In this document: in pieces, positions 46,800-59,660 of the stretch | How positions within the stretch are numbered: position 1 is the first letter of the stretch | Layout of the letters: each line of letters starts with the position of its first letter | From: Candidatus Dormiibacterota bacterium | Lineage (GTDB): Bacteria > Chloroflexota > Dormibacteria > Aeolococcales > Aeolococcaceae | Assembly: GCA_963718525.1 (NCBI GenBank) | Contig: OY970355.1 | Span: forward strand, 1,952,001 to 2,016,000 | Length of the DNA: 64,000 nucleotides | Direction of reading: 5' to 3' | The notes under the pieces: generated by a model | What the model saw: the letters and a program-made list of their open reading frames with translations, nothing else | Database searches by the model: none | Told to the model about the DNA's origin: nothing | Position numbers and translations under genes: made by a program

Positions 46800-48089
46800 A
46801 TGGCTGAGTACAGGCTGCTCACCAAGGATTTCGGCGCGGAAGCACTCCAGACCCTCAAGGGATACGAGAAGGTCGGTGGCTACCAGGGGCTCCGTGATGC
46901 GTTCAAGAAGTTCACGCCGGACACGCTCGTCGCCGAGGTGAAGACGAGCAACATCCGAGGTCGTGGCGGGGCGGGGTTCCCGACCGGGATGAAGTGGTCG
47001 TTCCTCCCCAAGGACGTGTTCCCGCGCTACCTCTGCTGCAATGCGGATGAATCCGAGCCGGGATGCTTCAAGGATCGGTACCTCATCGACGAGAGCCCGC
47101 ACCAGCTCATCGAGGGGCTGTTGATCGCGTCCTATGCGCTCCAGGTGAACATCTCCTTCATCTACATCAGAGGTGAGTACCACGATCAGCGGCTCCTGCT
47201 CGAGCGGGCGGTGGAGGAGGCACGTGCAGCCGGATACATCGGTCGCAACATCCTCGGCAGCGGCTTCGACTGCGACGTGATCGTGCACGGCGGCGCGGGC
47301 GCCTACATCTGCGGTGAGGAGACGGCCCTGATCGAGTCGCTCGAGGGGCTTCGGGGTCAACCCAGGCTCAAGCCACCGTTCCCGGCGGTCAAAGGGCTCT
47401 ACGGGCAGCCAACCGTCGTGAACAACGTCGAGACGTTGTGCAACATGCCCCATATCGTGCAGCGCGGCGGCGACTGGTTCAAATCGCTCGGCACCGAGAA
47501 GAGCGCGGGGACACGTGTGTTCTGCTGCAGTGGCCACATCAATCGCCCCGGAAACTATGAGATGCAACTCGGCACGCCGATTCGCGAGCTGCTCGAGGAG
47601 GAGTGCGGCGGCATCTGGAGGGACGGCTCCCTGAAAGCCTTCCAGCCTGGTGGCGGCTCCATGCAGGTGCTGCTCCCGCAGCATCTCGACCTGCCCCTCG
47701 ACATGAATGCCGTGCAGGAAGCCGGATCATCGCTCGGGGCCGGAGCGATGGTCTTCATGGACGAGACGACCTGCCTCGTCGACGTGTCGATGCGGCTGGT
47801 TGACTTCTACCGCCACGAGTTGTGCGGCAAATGCGTGCCCTGTCGTGAAGGCACGTATTTCGAGTCGGAGCTGATGCACCGGCTCGAAGCCGGCCTCGCG
47901 ACACGAGCAGAGCTCGCGAGCCTCGCGGACATCTGCTCGAACATGGACGGTCGCTGCTTCTGCCCGCTCGGTGACACCGCGACCTGGTTCGTGATGTCCG
48001 CGTACAAGTACTTCCGTGACGAGTTCGAGGCGCACTGCGGTGCCGGCCGCTGCCCGGTGAGGGCGCAGGCCACGGCTCTGGTGGCGTGA
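46800..48089 (+). CDS. nuoF: NADH-quinone oxidoreductase subunit F
   Basis: RGRGGAGFPTG.KW, NADESEPG, GAGAYICGEET, CGKCVPCREG. Confidence 0.97.
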   Translation: MAEYRLLTKDFGAEALQTLKGYEKVGGYQGLRDAFKKFTPDTLVAEVKTSNIRGRGGAGFPTGMKWSFLPKDVFPRYLCCNADESEPGCFKDRYLIDESPHQLIEGLLIASYALQVNISFIYIRGEYHDQRLLLERAVEEARAAGYIGRNILGSGFDCDVIVHGGAGAYICGEETALIESLEGLRGQPRLKPPFPAVKGLYGQPTVVNNVETLCNMPHIVQRGGDWFKSLGTEKSAGTRVFCCSGHINRPGNYEMQLGTPIRELLEEECGGIWRDGSLKAFQPGGGSMQVLLPQHLDLPLDMNAVQEAGSSLGAGAMVFMDETTCLVDVSMRLVDFYRHELCGKCVPCREGTYFESELMHRLEAGLATRAELASLADICSNMDGRCFCPLGDTATWFVMSAYKYFRDEFEAHCGAGRCPVRAQATALVA

Positions 48090-50029
48090 CGGCGGTGGCG
48101 GAGACGGGAACGCCGCCCGAGCAGCCGGACGACGGCCGCGTCGGCATCAGCATCGACGGACGCGATCTCCGTGTCCCCAAAGGCACGCTGGTGCTCGACG
48201 CGGCGACCACGGCCGGTATCCACATCCCGATTTATTGCGCCCATCCAAAGATGGACCCGGTCGCGGTGTGCCGGATGTGTCTTGTGAACATCGAGAAGTT
48301 CCCGAAGCCACAACCGGCGTGCGCGACGGTCGCTGGTGAGGGCATGGTCGTGCACACCAACCTGCCCGAGGTCACCAAGCTTCGCGAAGGGATGCTGGAA
48401 TTCCTGCTCCTCAATCACCCGCTCGACTGCCCGGTCTGCGATCGGGGAGGGGAGTGCGACCTTCAGGACTTCACGTTCCGCTACGGACCGGGAATCTCGC
48501 GCTTCCCCATCACCGAGAAGGTCCATTTCAAGAAGGCGCTCCCGCTCTCCGAGCACATCGAGCTCGACCAGGAGCGATGCATCCTCTGCTGGCGCTGCGT
48601 CCGCTATTACGACGAGATCACCGGTGAGAAGGAGATCGTCCTCCAGCAGCGTGGCGTGGACACCCTGGTGGCGACCTTCGACGACCAGCCGCTGCAGTCG
48701 AAGTTCCAGGGCAACCTCCCGGAGGTCTGTCCGGTGGGAGCGCTCACCCACAGGAAGTACCGTTTCGTCTCACGGCCGTGGGATCTGCAGCGGACGGCCA
48801 GCATCTGCCCCGAGTGTTCGTACGGGTGCAACATCAATGTGGACAGTCGAGACTTCGAGGTGCGCCGGTTCGCGTCGCGCGACAATCCGCTTGTCGACGA
48901 CATGTGGCTCTGCGACCGTGGTCGCTACAGCTTCGACCGCTGGAACAGCTCGGAACGGGTCCGACGTCCGGTGGTCCGGAGCGACGACGAGTCGCGAGAC
49001 GTGTCGGTCCCCGAGGCAATCACCCAGGCAGCACGGCGTCTGCGGGAGATCGCCGATGAGTACGGCGCGGGATCGATCGGCGTGCTCGGTTCGAGTGCCA
49101 GCACCAACGAGGAGCTGTTCCTGCTCGAGCGCATCGCCCGTCAGGTGATCGGCACGCCGCACGTGGATCATCAGCTCGAAGCGTTCGAGGGCCTGTCGGC
49201 GGATGAGCACGAGCTCGGCATCGCTGAGATCGAGGAGTGCGATGCGCTGATCGTGCTCGGGACCGAGCCCGAGGAGCAGGCACCCGTGCTCACGCTGAGG
49301 TTGTACAAGGCCGAGCGCAAGAAGGGCGCGCGTGTGATCCGGCTGAGCAGCGATGCGTCAAAGGCCGATGCTGTCGCCGCCGCCGGCACCGCTGCGCGCA
49401 TCGGCCTGATCGCCGACGAGACCCATCGCGTGCACGCGGCGGAGCTCGCGCGCGCACTCGGTGCTGCTGCCAGGGTGCGACGGCTCACGATCACGCGCGG
49501 CACCAATGGGCGCGGAGCGAAAGACCTTGGCCTGCTGCCGAATTTCGGCCCGGGGTACGCATCGATCGCGGAGCCCGGCAAGAATGGCCGCCAGATCCTT
49601 GAAGGGCTCGCCGCCGGAGAGATGCGCGGGCTGCTCATGCTCGGCCCCAACCCGGCTCTCGAGGCAGCGGGCGACCTGCTCGAGCGTGCCGTGCGCAAGG
49701 CGGCGTGCGTCGTGGCATTCGACACGCGCCCGGGCGTCGTATCGCGCTACGCGACCGTGCTGTTTCCCGGCCACGCGATCTTTGAGAAGGCGGGCACCGT
49801 CACCAACGTCGAGGGGCGTGTACAACGGATCCGCGCCGGCTTGCCGCCTGCGTCGGCGACGCCGGTGGAGACGCGCGTGCTGACCAGCATTGCAGGCGAG
49901 ATGGGAGCGGTCGGTTGGGGATCCGGCGATCCGCTCGCTGTCAACCGCCTGCTGCGCGACGAGGTTCCCGCCTACGGGCGCGCCGGCAATGGCGGACGCG
50001 CATTGTTCAGCGCAGAGGCGGTCGCGTGA
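48086..50029 (+). CDS. nuoG: NADH-quinone oxidoreductase subunit G
   Basis: CRMCLV, NHPLDCPVCD..GEC, RCILCWRC, CPVGAL, CPECSYGC. Confidence 0.95.
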   Translation: MTAVAETGTPPEQPDDGRVGISIDGRDLRVPKGTLVLDAATTAGIHIPIYCAHPKMDPVAVCRMCLVNIEKFPKPQPACATVAGEGMVVHTNLPEVTKLREGMLEFLLLNHPLDCPVCDRGGECDLQDFTFRYGPGISRFPITEKVHFKKALPLSEHIELDQERCILCWRCVRYYDEITGEKEIVLQQRGVDTLVATFDDQPLQSKFQGNLPEVCPVGALTHRKYRFVSRPWDLQRTASICPECSYGCNINVDSRDFEVRRFASRDNPLVDDMWLCDRGRYSFDRWNSSERVRRPVVRSDDESRDVSVPEAITQAARRLREIADEYGAGSIGVLGSSASTNEELFLLERIARQVIGTPHVDHQLEAFEGLSADEHELGIAEIEECDALIVLGTEPEEQAPVLTLRLYKAERKKGARVIRLSSDASKADAVAAAGTAARIGLIADETHRVHAAELARALGAAARVRRLTITRGTNGRGAKDLGLLPNFGPGYASIAEPGKNGRQILEGLAAGEMRGLLMLGPNPALEAAGDLLERAVRKAACVVAFDTRPGVVSRYATVLFPGHAIFEKAGTVTNVEGRVQRIRAGLPPASATPVETRVLTSIAGEMGAVGWGSGDPLAVNRLLRDEVPAYGRAGNGGRALFSAEAVA

Positions 50030-51036
50030 TCGGGCCGGACGATCTCTGGTGGGTCCTGCTCATCAAATGCGGCGTGCTCGTCGTATTCCTCCTGACCGCA
50101 TTCGCGTATCTGACGCTCGCTGAGCGAAAGATCTCGGCCCGCATCCAGCTTCGCTACGGGCCGAACCGGGTCGGACCCTTCGGGATGCTCCAGCCGGCTG
50201 CAGATGGGCTGAAGCTGTTCTTCAAAGAGAACGTCGCGCCAGCACAACGCGACAAGATCCTCTACCTGGTGGGGCCGAGCCTCGCCGGGGGTTCGGCGCT
50301 GCTCGCATACGCGGTGATTCCTTGGGGCACCAATGACTGGTTCGGACACGTGTTCCACTGGGATATCGCACACGTCAACGTCGGCCTGCTGTTCATTCTC
50401 GGCATCACGTCGCTGGGCGTGTACTCGCTGTTCCTCGGAGGGTTCGCCTCCAACAGCAAGTACTCGCTGCTCGGCGGCCTGCGTTCGTCGGCGCAGCTCA
50501 TCTCCTATGAAATGGCGGTGTCCTTCGCGCTCATCGGCGTGGTGATCCTCTCGGGCTCGCTCGACCTGGAGAAGATGGTGGGAGCGCAGCAGGGACTCTG
50601 GTTCATCGTCCTGCAGCCGCTCGCGTTCATCCTCTACTTCACCGCGGCGTTCGCGGAGACCAATCGCCTGCCGTTCGACCTTCCCGAGGCGGAGACCGAG
50701 CTCATCGCCGGGTACCACACCGAATATTCGGCGATGCGATTCGGGCTGTACTTCCTCGGCGAGTACATCAACATGGTCACGGTCTGCTCCATCGCCACGG
50801 CGCTCTTCCTCGGCGGCTGGCTGCCGCTCCTGCCGTTCCATCCCTTCGACTGGATTCCGGGACCCATCTGGTTCCTCGGCAAGGTGGGAGTGCTGCTCTT
50901 CGTGATGATCTGGGTGCGCTGGACACTCCCACGGCTGCGCTATGACCGGCTGATGAATTTCGGATGGAAGGTGCTGCTCCCACTCGGGTTGATCAACATC
51001 ATCGTGACCGGCGCGATCGTCGCGCTTCGGGCATGA
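50026..51036 (+). CDS. nuoH: NADH-quinone oxidoreductase subunit H
   Basis: ERK...GPNRVG, ADGLKL, AETNRLPFDLPEAE, LPRLRYD. Confidence 0.97.
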   Translation: MIGPDDLWWVLLIKCGVLVVFLLTAFAYLTLAERKISARIQLRYGPNRVGPFGMLQPAADGLKLFFKENVAPAQRDKILYLVGPSLAGGSALLAYAVIPWGTNDWFGHVFHWDIAHVNVGLLFILGITSLGVYSLFLGGFASNSKYSLLGGLRSSAQLISYEMAVSFALIGVVILSGSLDLEKMVGAQQGLWFIVLQPLAFILYFTAAFAETNRLPFDLPEAETELIAGYHTEYSAMRFGLYFLGEYINMVTVCSIATALFLGGWLPLLPFHPFDWIPGPIWFLGKVGVLLFVMIWVRWTLPRLRYDRLMNFGWKVLLPLGLINIIVTGAIVALRA

Positions 51037-51055
51037 CGCTGCCGAGGGTGACGCG

Positions 51056-51685
51056 GTGATCAAGGAGATCGCGAAGGGTCTCGCGTTCACGCTGAAGAAG
51101 ATGGGGACGCATCCGATCACGGTGCAGTACCCCGAGGAGCAGAAACCGGTGTCGCCGCGCCACCGCGGGCGGCACATCCTGCACCGATACGACAACGGGC
51201 TGGAACGGTGCATCGGCTGCGAGCTCTGTGCAGCCGCGTGTCCGGTCGGCTGCATCTACGTGCTCGCCGCAGAGAACGACCCCAAGGCACCGATCTCTCC
51301 CGGTGAGCGCTACGCGGAGCGGTACGAGATCAACCTGATGCGCTGCATCTACTGCGGGTACTGCGCCGAGGCCTGCCCGACCGAGGCGATCACCCTCGGC
51401 CCGCGCTTCGAGCTGGCCGATTACCGCCGCGAGCGGACGGTGGTGACCAAGGCCGAGCTGCTCGAGTCGTGGCCCGGATTCACCGGCGGGAGGGCGTCGA
51501 GCCCGGTTGGCGCGGGCGCCGACCAGACCGGCCGCGAAGATCTCGACCCCGGTGTGCGACCTCGGGCCGCATGGTCCACGCAGGAGAACACGCTCGACAC
51601 CGAGACGGCGCCACTGCCAGGCGCGCTCGGGGTTCCGGTCGATGTGCCGACGGTCATCGAACCCGGCGCGCGGAAGGCGAAATGA
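51056..51685 (+). CDS. nuoI: NADH-quinone oxidoreductase subunit I
   Basis: CIGCELCAAACP and CIYCGYCAEACP. Confidence 0.97.
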   Translation: MIKEIAKGLAFTLKKMGTHPITVQYPEEQKPVSPRHRGRHILHRYDNGLERCIGCELCAAACPVGCIYVLAAENDPKAPISPGERYAERYEINLMRCIYCGYCAEACPTEAITLGPRFELADYRRERTVVTKAELLESWPGFTGGRASSPVGAGADQTGREDLDPGVRPRAAWSTQENTLDTETAPLPGALGVPVDVPTVIEPGARKAK

Positions 51686-52233
51686 CCGTCCTGTTCGCGA
51701 TCGTGATTGCCCTCGCCGCCGTCAGCTCACTCGGCGTCGTGCTCTCCCGGCAAACCATCTACTCGGCGCTGAGCCTCGTGCTCACCGTCTCGATGCTTGC
51801 GGTGCTGTTCCTGCTCCTCAACGCCCAGTTTCTCTTCGCCGTACAGCTGATCATCTACGCGGGCGCCGTGATGGTCCTGTTCGTCTTCATCGTGGCGTTG
51901 CTGAGCCCAGACGCGGAGGATCGCCCGGTCTTCGACGCGCGCGCCATCATCGGCACCCTCGGTGTGATCGTGGTAACCGCGCTGGTGTTCATCGCCGCCC
52001 GCAACGGCATCACGTACAGCACCAACGGGTTTCATGCCCTTGCGGCGGGCAGCGCCGGCAACCCCTACCACAGCTTCAGCTTCCCACCGGATGCGGTCAA
52101 CAACGCCGGCAACGTTCAGACTCTCGCCAGCCAGCTGTTCACCAATTATCTCCTGCCCTTCGAGATCACCTCGATGCTCCTGCTGGTCGCGGCGATCGGT
52201 GCTGTCTACCTGACCAGGCGCTCGAGTCAGTGA
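51682..52233 (+). CDS. nuoJ: NADH-quinone oxidoreductase subunit J
   Basis: [21 protein letters not shown]. Confidence 0.95.
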   Translation: MTVLFAIVIALAAVSSLGVVLSRQTIYSALSLVLTVSMLAVLFLLLNAQFLFAVQLIIYAGAVMVLFVFIVALLSPDAEDRPVFDARAIIGTLGVIVVTALVFIAARNGITYSTNGFHALAAGSAGNPYHSFSFPPDAVNNAGNVQTLASQLFTNYLLPFEITSMLLLVAAIGAVYLTRRSSQ

Positions 52234-52246
52234 CGGACGGCGAGAG

Positions 52247-52558
52247 ATGCTGAATCCGAATCTATTTCCGTTCCTGCTCGGACTCTCGGCGTTCCTGTTC
52301 TCCGTCGGCGCAATGGGCGTGCTCATCCGGCGCAACCCGATAGTCGTCTTCATGTGCATCGAGCTGATGCTCAACGCCGCCAACGTTGCGCTGGTGGCCT
52401 ACGGCCGCTTCCTCAACAGCGAGGAGGGCCAGATCTTCGCGCTCATGGTGATCGTGGTCGCGGCAGCCGAGGTCGTCGTTGGCCTCGCGCTGATCACGCA
52501 GATCTTCCGGCTCGGCCGCGAACTCGATGTCGATGACCTGAGCGAGATGAAGGAGTGA
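52247..52558 (+). CDS. nuoK: NADH-quinone oxidoreductase subunit K
   Basis: RRN, IELMLNA, VAAAE..VGLA. Confidence 0.96.
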   Translation: MLNPNLFPFLLGLSAFLFSVGAMGVLIRRNPIVVFMCIELMLNAANVALVAYGRFLNSEEGQIFALMVIVVAAAEVVVGLALITQIFRLGRELDVDDLSEMKE

Positions 52559-54500
52559 ACGTCAGCACCGCTTCGACACTCGTCATGCTGGTGCTGTTCT
52601 TTCCGCTGCTCGGCGCGGCACTGAACGGGTTTCTCGGCCCGGTGCTCGGTCGGCGCTTCGTCAACATCGCCGGGACGGTATCGATCTTCGCGTCCTTCGT
52701 GATCGCGTGCCTGGTGCTCGCCAACGTCATCGGGGCACCCGCCGGCCACGGCGCCATCACCGTCCGGCTGTGGGACTGGCTCAACCTCGGGGGTGGCACC
52801 AACCTCTCCGTGGGGATGGATTTCACTCTGGATGCGTTGAGCGCGCTGATGCTCATGGTCATCACCGGTGTGGGCTTCCTGATCCACGTCTACAGCGTCG
52901 GCTACATGGAGCACGACCCCGGGTTCGCGCGCTTCTTCAGCTACATGAACTTCTTCATCTTCTCGATGTTGACACTCGTGCTCGCCGCGGACCTGGTGAT
53001 CCTCATCATCGGATGGGCCCTGGTAGCGTTGAGCAGCTACCTGCTCATCGGCTTCTGGTACGACCGTCCGACAGCCGTTGCGGCTGCGCGCAAAGCCTTC
53101 ATCACCCAGGTGATCGGCGACGTCGCGCTGGTGATCGCCGCGTTTCTCATCGTGTTGAACACCCACACCCTCAGCCTGCCGAACGTCTTCGCACGCACCC
53201 AGGCCTTTCCCGCGGGTGGCGCACTGATCACCGGGATCTGCGTGCTCCTGGCCATCGGCGCGTTCGCCAAGAGCGCGCAGTTCCCGCTGCACACGTGGTT
53301 GCCGGACGCCATGGAAGGCCCCACCCCGGTGTCAGCGCTCATCCATGCCGCGACCATGGTCACGGCAGGTGTGTACCTGATCGCGCGGTTCCACGTGCTC
53401 TTCAACCTCGCTCCCGTGGCCGAAGGTCTGGTTGCCTGCGTCGGCATGGGGACGGCGGTGATGGCGGGGATCATCGCGCTGTCGCAGATCGACATCAAGC
53501 GCGTGATCGCCTACTCGACGATGTCGCAGATCGGTCTGATGATCTACGCCGTCGGCATCGGCGCGTATTCCGCGGGCATGTTCCATTTCGCGATGCACGC
53601 GGTCTTCAAGGCGCTCCTCTTCATGGCCGCCGGCAACGTGATCCATGCCCTCCACGATGAGCAGGACATCCGGCTCATGGGAGGTCTGCACGCCCGAATG
53701 CGCTGGACGCACCTGGCGTTCGGTGCCGGGTCACTGGCTCTCGCCGGCTTCTTCCTGTTCTCGGGGTGGTTCAGCAAGGAGGACCTCCTCGGCTTCGGCG
53801 CCGTGTCCGGCCCGGGGCCGGCGCCCTGGATCCTCTACGCGGTGGGAGTGGGCGTCAACGTGCTCACCGGGCTCTACGCCTTCCGTCTCTACTTCACGGT
53901 GTTCCAGGGAGAGCCGCAAACCGCGCGTGGATTCGCGGTCAAGGAGGCCGGGTACTCGATGCTGATCCCGGTGGTCATCCTCGGTGCGTTGTCGGTCATC
54001 GTCGCGTGGCCACTCCAGTTCCCGCTTCCCAACACCCTCCACGTCTTCAGCGATTTCCTGAGCCCGGTGTTCGCCGGCGCGCAATCGCCGCTGCTCCACG
54101 ACCCCTCGTTCGGCCTTGCACTGATCGGCCTGGTCGTCGGGACGGCGGCGAGCTTGATCGGCATCGGCCTCGCGATGCGCCTGTGGTACGAGCACCATCC
54201 GGACCCGCAGGTCGTGCTCGCGAGGCTGCCCCGCGTGATCCCGCTGCTCTCGTACAACAAGTTCTACTTCGACGAGATCTACGACCGCGCACTCGTGCAA
54301 CCGGTCAAAGCGGTCGCGCGCACGGCGAGACGTGTCGTCGAGCCCGACATCATGGATGGCTGGGTTCAGGGGATCGGGGAGCTGCTGCGCGGCTTCAGCG
54401 TCGACCTGCGCACGGTGCAGACCGGGTTGATACGGGACTACGCATCGATCTTCACGGTGTTCGCCGTCGTGCTCGTGGTGGTGTGGGTGTTCATCGCGAA

Positions 54501-54504
<4 letters not shown>
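52555..54504 (+). CDS. nuoL: NADH-quinone oxidoreductase subunit L
   Basis: [47 protein letters not shown]. Confidence 0.97.
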
Positions 54505-56047
<1,543 letters not shown>

Positions 56048-56051
<4 letters not shown>

Positions 56052-57589
56052 TGCTGGTCGCGGCATTCCCGGTGCCAGTGTCGTTTCCCGGCGGTCGCGA
56101 CCTTGTGGGGTTGCTTCCCGAGCTGGTCCTCGGTGGGGCCTTTCTGCTGCTGATGCTCCTCGACCTGGTGGTCCCGCCGACCAAACGCACCTGGCTCGCC
56201 GGGTTTGCGCTGCTGGGGATTGCGGCGACCTTCGGCGTCACGGTCTGGGGCTGGTTCGATGCGAATCCAGGACGCCTCGTCTACTCCGGCTCGTTCGCGT
56301 ACGACCGCTACTCGCTGTTCGTTGACGCGATCCTGCTGGTGAGCGCGGCGCTGGTGGTGATGATCAGCCCGAACTATCTGAACCGCCGGGGCATCCATCA
56401 CGGCGAGTACTACGCGCTGATCCTCGCCGCAACCATCGGGATGATGCTGCTCGCCGGCGCGACGAGCCTGATGGTCATCTTCCTGGCCATCGAATTGCTC
56501 TCGCTGGCGCTCTACGTGCTCAGTGGGTTCTCCCGACACGAGGAACGCTCTCAGGAAGCTGCGCTGAAGTACCTGCTGCTCGGTGGGTTCGCCTCGGGCT
56601 TTCTGCTCTTCGGGATGGCGCTGATCTACGGCGAGACCGGCCATACGCAGCTGGCGCAGATCGCCGCTGCCATCCAGAACCAGACAACGATCGCTGTCGA
56701 TCCGCTCCTGCTTGCTGGTGTCCTGCTGCTGTTCATCGGCTTTGCCTTCAAGGTGTCAGCAGCGCCGTTCCATTCCTGGACGCCCGACGTCTACCAGGGC
56801 GCGCCGACGTCCGTGACCACCTTCATGAGCGTCACCACCAAGGTTGCGGCGTTCGCGGCTCTCGTGCGCGTGTTCACATACACGTTCGACGGTGGTGGCA
56901 CCCACTTCTATCAGCACTGGGAGCCGGTGGTCGCGCTCGTCGCGATCACCTCGATGGTCGTCGGCAACATCGCCGCGCTGACGCAGACGAGCGTCAAGCG
57001 CATGCTCGCGTACTCGAGCATCGCGCAGGCCGGGTACATCCTCATCGGCGTCGCGGTCGGGCCTGTGCTGCTGCCCTCGGGACAGTCGAGCTCCTTCGGG
57101 ACGATCGGGGTGCTGTACTACCTGGCGGCGTACGCCGTCAGCAATATCGGTGCGTTTGCGGTCATCACCATCATGGCCGGACGGGGAGAGGATCTCGACA
57201 GCTACGACGGGCTGCGCGGTCTCGCCCATCGCCGTCCGTTCGTCGCCGCCAGCATGGCGCTCTTCCTGTTTTCGCTGGGTGGGTTCCCGCCCACGGCCGG
57301 CTTTTTCGGGAAGTTTCTCGTCTTCACCGCCGCCATCAACGCAGGTCAGGTGCCGCTGGCACTTTGGGGCATCGCGACCAGCGCGGTCTCCGCGTTCTAC
57401 TACCTCCGCGTCGGCCTGCTCATGTACCAGCGCCCCGAGGCCGGAGCCGAGGAGTACCGCTGGTCGCGTCCGGGCCTCTCCGGCACCGCCGTCATGGTTG
57501 CCACCACGGCGGGGACGCTGATCCTCGGAGTCATGATCGTGCTCGTCTACACGGCGGCGAGCGCGTCGCTGAAAGGGTTGATCGTGTGA
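56048..57589 (+). CDS. nuoN: NADH-quinone oxidoreductase subunit N
   Basis: EAALKY, FKVSAAPFHSWTPDVYQGAP, KRMLAYSS, GFPPTAGFFGKF. Confidence 0.97.
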
Positions 57590-58242
57590 ACGACGAGCTG
57601 CTCGCAGGCTTCACGGAGATCGTCGGCGCGACGGGCGTCGCCGGGGACGTCGTGAGCCCGGCCGACATGCACGCTCTCACGCTCGTCGCGGGCCTGTGCC
57701 ATCAGCACGGCGTTCCCATCACCGTGACGAGCGGCGCTCCCGCCAGGTCTGGCGGATCTCCCGAGCGCGGCGGAATCATCCTGAGCGTGCACCGGTTCAC
57801 CGAGATGCAGGTTGCGGCGGCGGGTCTCACCGTCCGGGCTGGCGCAGGCGCGACGATCGCCCAGGTGCGCGCGGCAGTGGCCGCGGCCAAGCTCGTGGTC
57901 GTCGGTCTCGGCGCCGAGACCGGGTCGGCACATGTGGGCACGCTGGTGGCTCGAGGAGAGGTGCCACGACGCTCGCTCTCGGGGGTCGAGGCGGTCCTGT
58001 CCACGGGAGAGGCGGTCAAGGCGGGCGGTGCCGCTCTCAAGGACGTTGTCGGGTACGACCTCATTGCGGCGCTGCTGGGAAGCGCGGGTCGCCTGGCGAT
58101 CATCGCTGCGGTCACGTTCCGGCTCGAACCGGCCGCCGGGCGAACCGCGACATCCACGCCGCCCGGAACGCGTAGCTGGCAACCGGCACTCGCCGGAGCC
58201 TTCGACCCCAAAGGCCTGCTGCGCTCGGGCGCATTGCGGTGA
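57586..58242 (+). CDS. Short PCMH-type FAD-binding protein (GlcD/GlcE N-domain-like)
   Basis: VRAGAG, K.VVGYDL, LLGSAGRLAII..VTFRL, terminal AFDPKGLL; GTGA-coupled to nuoN. Confidence 0.7.
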   Translation: MNDELLAGFTEIVGATGVAGDVVSPADMHALTLVAGLCHQHGVPITVTSGAPARSGGSPERGGIILSVHRFTEMQVAAAGLTVRAGAGATIAQVRAAVAAAKLVVVGLGAETGSAHVGTLVARGEVPRRSLSGVEAVLSTGEAVKAGGAALKDVVGYDLIAALLGSAGRLAIIAAVTFRLEPAAGRTATSTPPGTRSWQPALAGAFDPKGLLRSGALR

Positions 58243-59660
58243 GGGCAAACGTCAGAAAGGCCGCAGGCAAGTACTGGCACGAGTACACGCGGATGCGCAC
58301 CGCGATCTTCCTGTTGCTCGGCATCCTCATCATCGTCCTGATCGGCTCGTTCGTCCCCCAGCAGAACACGTCAGATCCCGGCAAGGTCGCGGCGTTCATC
58401 ACTGCATGGCCGAACCTGAACCTGCTGTTCGCAGACCTGCAGCTGCCGCTGACTCAGGTGTTCGTCTCGCCGGTGTTCTACGTGTTGCTTGGCCTGCTCT
58501 ACGTCTCACTGGGCTGGTGCGTGATCCGGCGCGGTCGCGCGCTGATCATGCGGACCGCACGCGGATACAAACGCACGCCGCAGTACTGGGGTGAGTGGGG
58601 ATCGTGGCTGTTCCACAGCTCTTTCTTCCTGCTGCTCATCGCGGTCGTCTGGGGCAAGGCCACCGGGTACCAGGGTCTGGTCACCCTCACGCAGGGACAG
58701 AGCTTCACCAACACGCCTGCCGGGTACGACACGCTCCAGGAGGGGCTGCTGTTCCATGGGAACTACGCACCCTTCACACTGCGCCTCAACAAGTTCGAGG
58801 CCTCCTACGCTCCCAACGGCGAGGCCAGCAACTACGTGAGCAACGTGACCGTGCTCGACCACGGCAAGACCGTCGAGACGAAGAACATCCTCGTCAACGA
58901 GTTCCTCAGCGTCGACGGCGTCAATGTCTACCAGCAGGACTACGGCTGGGCACCGACCATCGTCGTGAAGAACCCCGCCGGGCAGACCGTGTACGACGGT
59001 GCCATCCAGTTCTTCGACGACAACAACAACATCGGCGACAAGGCGCTGGCGGATGGGGTGCTCAAGGTGCCGAACTTCGACTACACGATCGCCGGGGCCG
59101 CCCAGGCGGTGCAGATCGGCGCCAAGATGTCGTTCTTCCCGGATGCGACGGTGATCCCTTCGGTTGGCAGCAACGGAACCATCAATCCGACAGCCACCCT
59201 GTACGGCCCGGGCGGCGTGGCGCCGCGCAACCCGGTCATCGAGATGCAGCTCTACGTCGGCAACCTCGGGCTGGGCAGCGGCGCTCCGCAGAACGTCAAT
59301 CAGCTCACCACCACGGCGATGAGCCCGTATTTCACCAACGCACAGGTGATCCCGATCACGCTCGGCCAGACGCTGCAGCTGCCGATCGACACGAAGAACG
59401 GCAAGGCCGTCGATTTCTCGATCTCCTTCCCTTCGGTCACGCAGTACTCGCTCTTCCAGGTCAACGACGACCAGGGCGTGCTGCTCGTCTACACCTCGTT
59501 CATCCTGATCATGACCGGGCTGCTCACCAAGCTCTACCTGCGCCCGTTCCTCGAGCGACGCCAGCGGAAGCGACGCCAGCCGATCGCCCTGGATCGCCGC
59601 TGGTCGTCGGACGCGAGCGGCGAGCCTCAGGCGCCCGAACGAGAACCCGCCTCGGTTTGA
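58239..59660 (+). CDS. resB: Cytochrome c biogenesis protein ResB/Ccs1 family
   Basis: MRTAIFLL...IGSFVPQ, GSWLFHSSF, large extracytoplasmic region with I.VN..L...G..VYQ.DYG, late TM helix. Confidence 0.85.
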   Translation: MRANVRKAAGKYWHEYTRMRTAIFLLLGILIIVLIGSFVPQQNTSDPGKVAAFITAWPNLNLLFADLQLPLTQVFVSPVFYVLLGLLYVSLGWCVIRRGRALIMRTARGYKRTPQYWGEWGSWLFHSSFFLLLIAVVWGKATGYQGLVTLTQGQSFTNTPAGYDTLQEGLLFHGNYAPFTLRLNKFEASYAPNGEASNYVSNVTVLDHGKTVETKNILVNEFLSVDGVNVYQQDYGWAPTIVVKNPAGQTVYDGAIQFFDDNNNIGDKALADGVLKVPNFDYTIAGAAQAVQIGAKMSFFPDATVIPSVGSNGTINPTATLYGPGGVAPRNPVIEMQLYVGNLGLGSGAPQNVNQLTTTAMSPYFTNAQVIPITLGQTLQLPIDTKNGKAVDFSISFPSVTQYSLFQVNDDQGVLLVYTSFILIMTGLLTKLYLRPFLERRQRKRRQPIALDRRWSSDASGEPQAPEREPASV

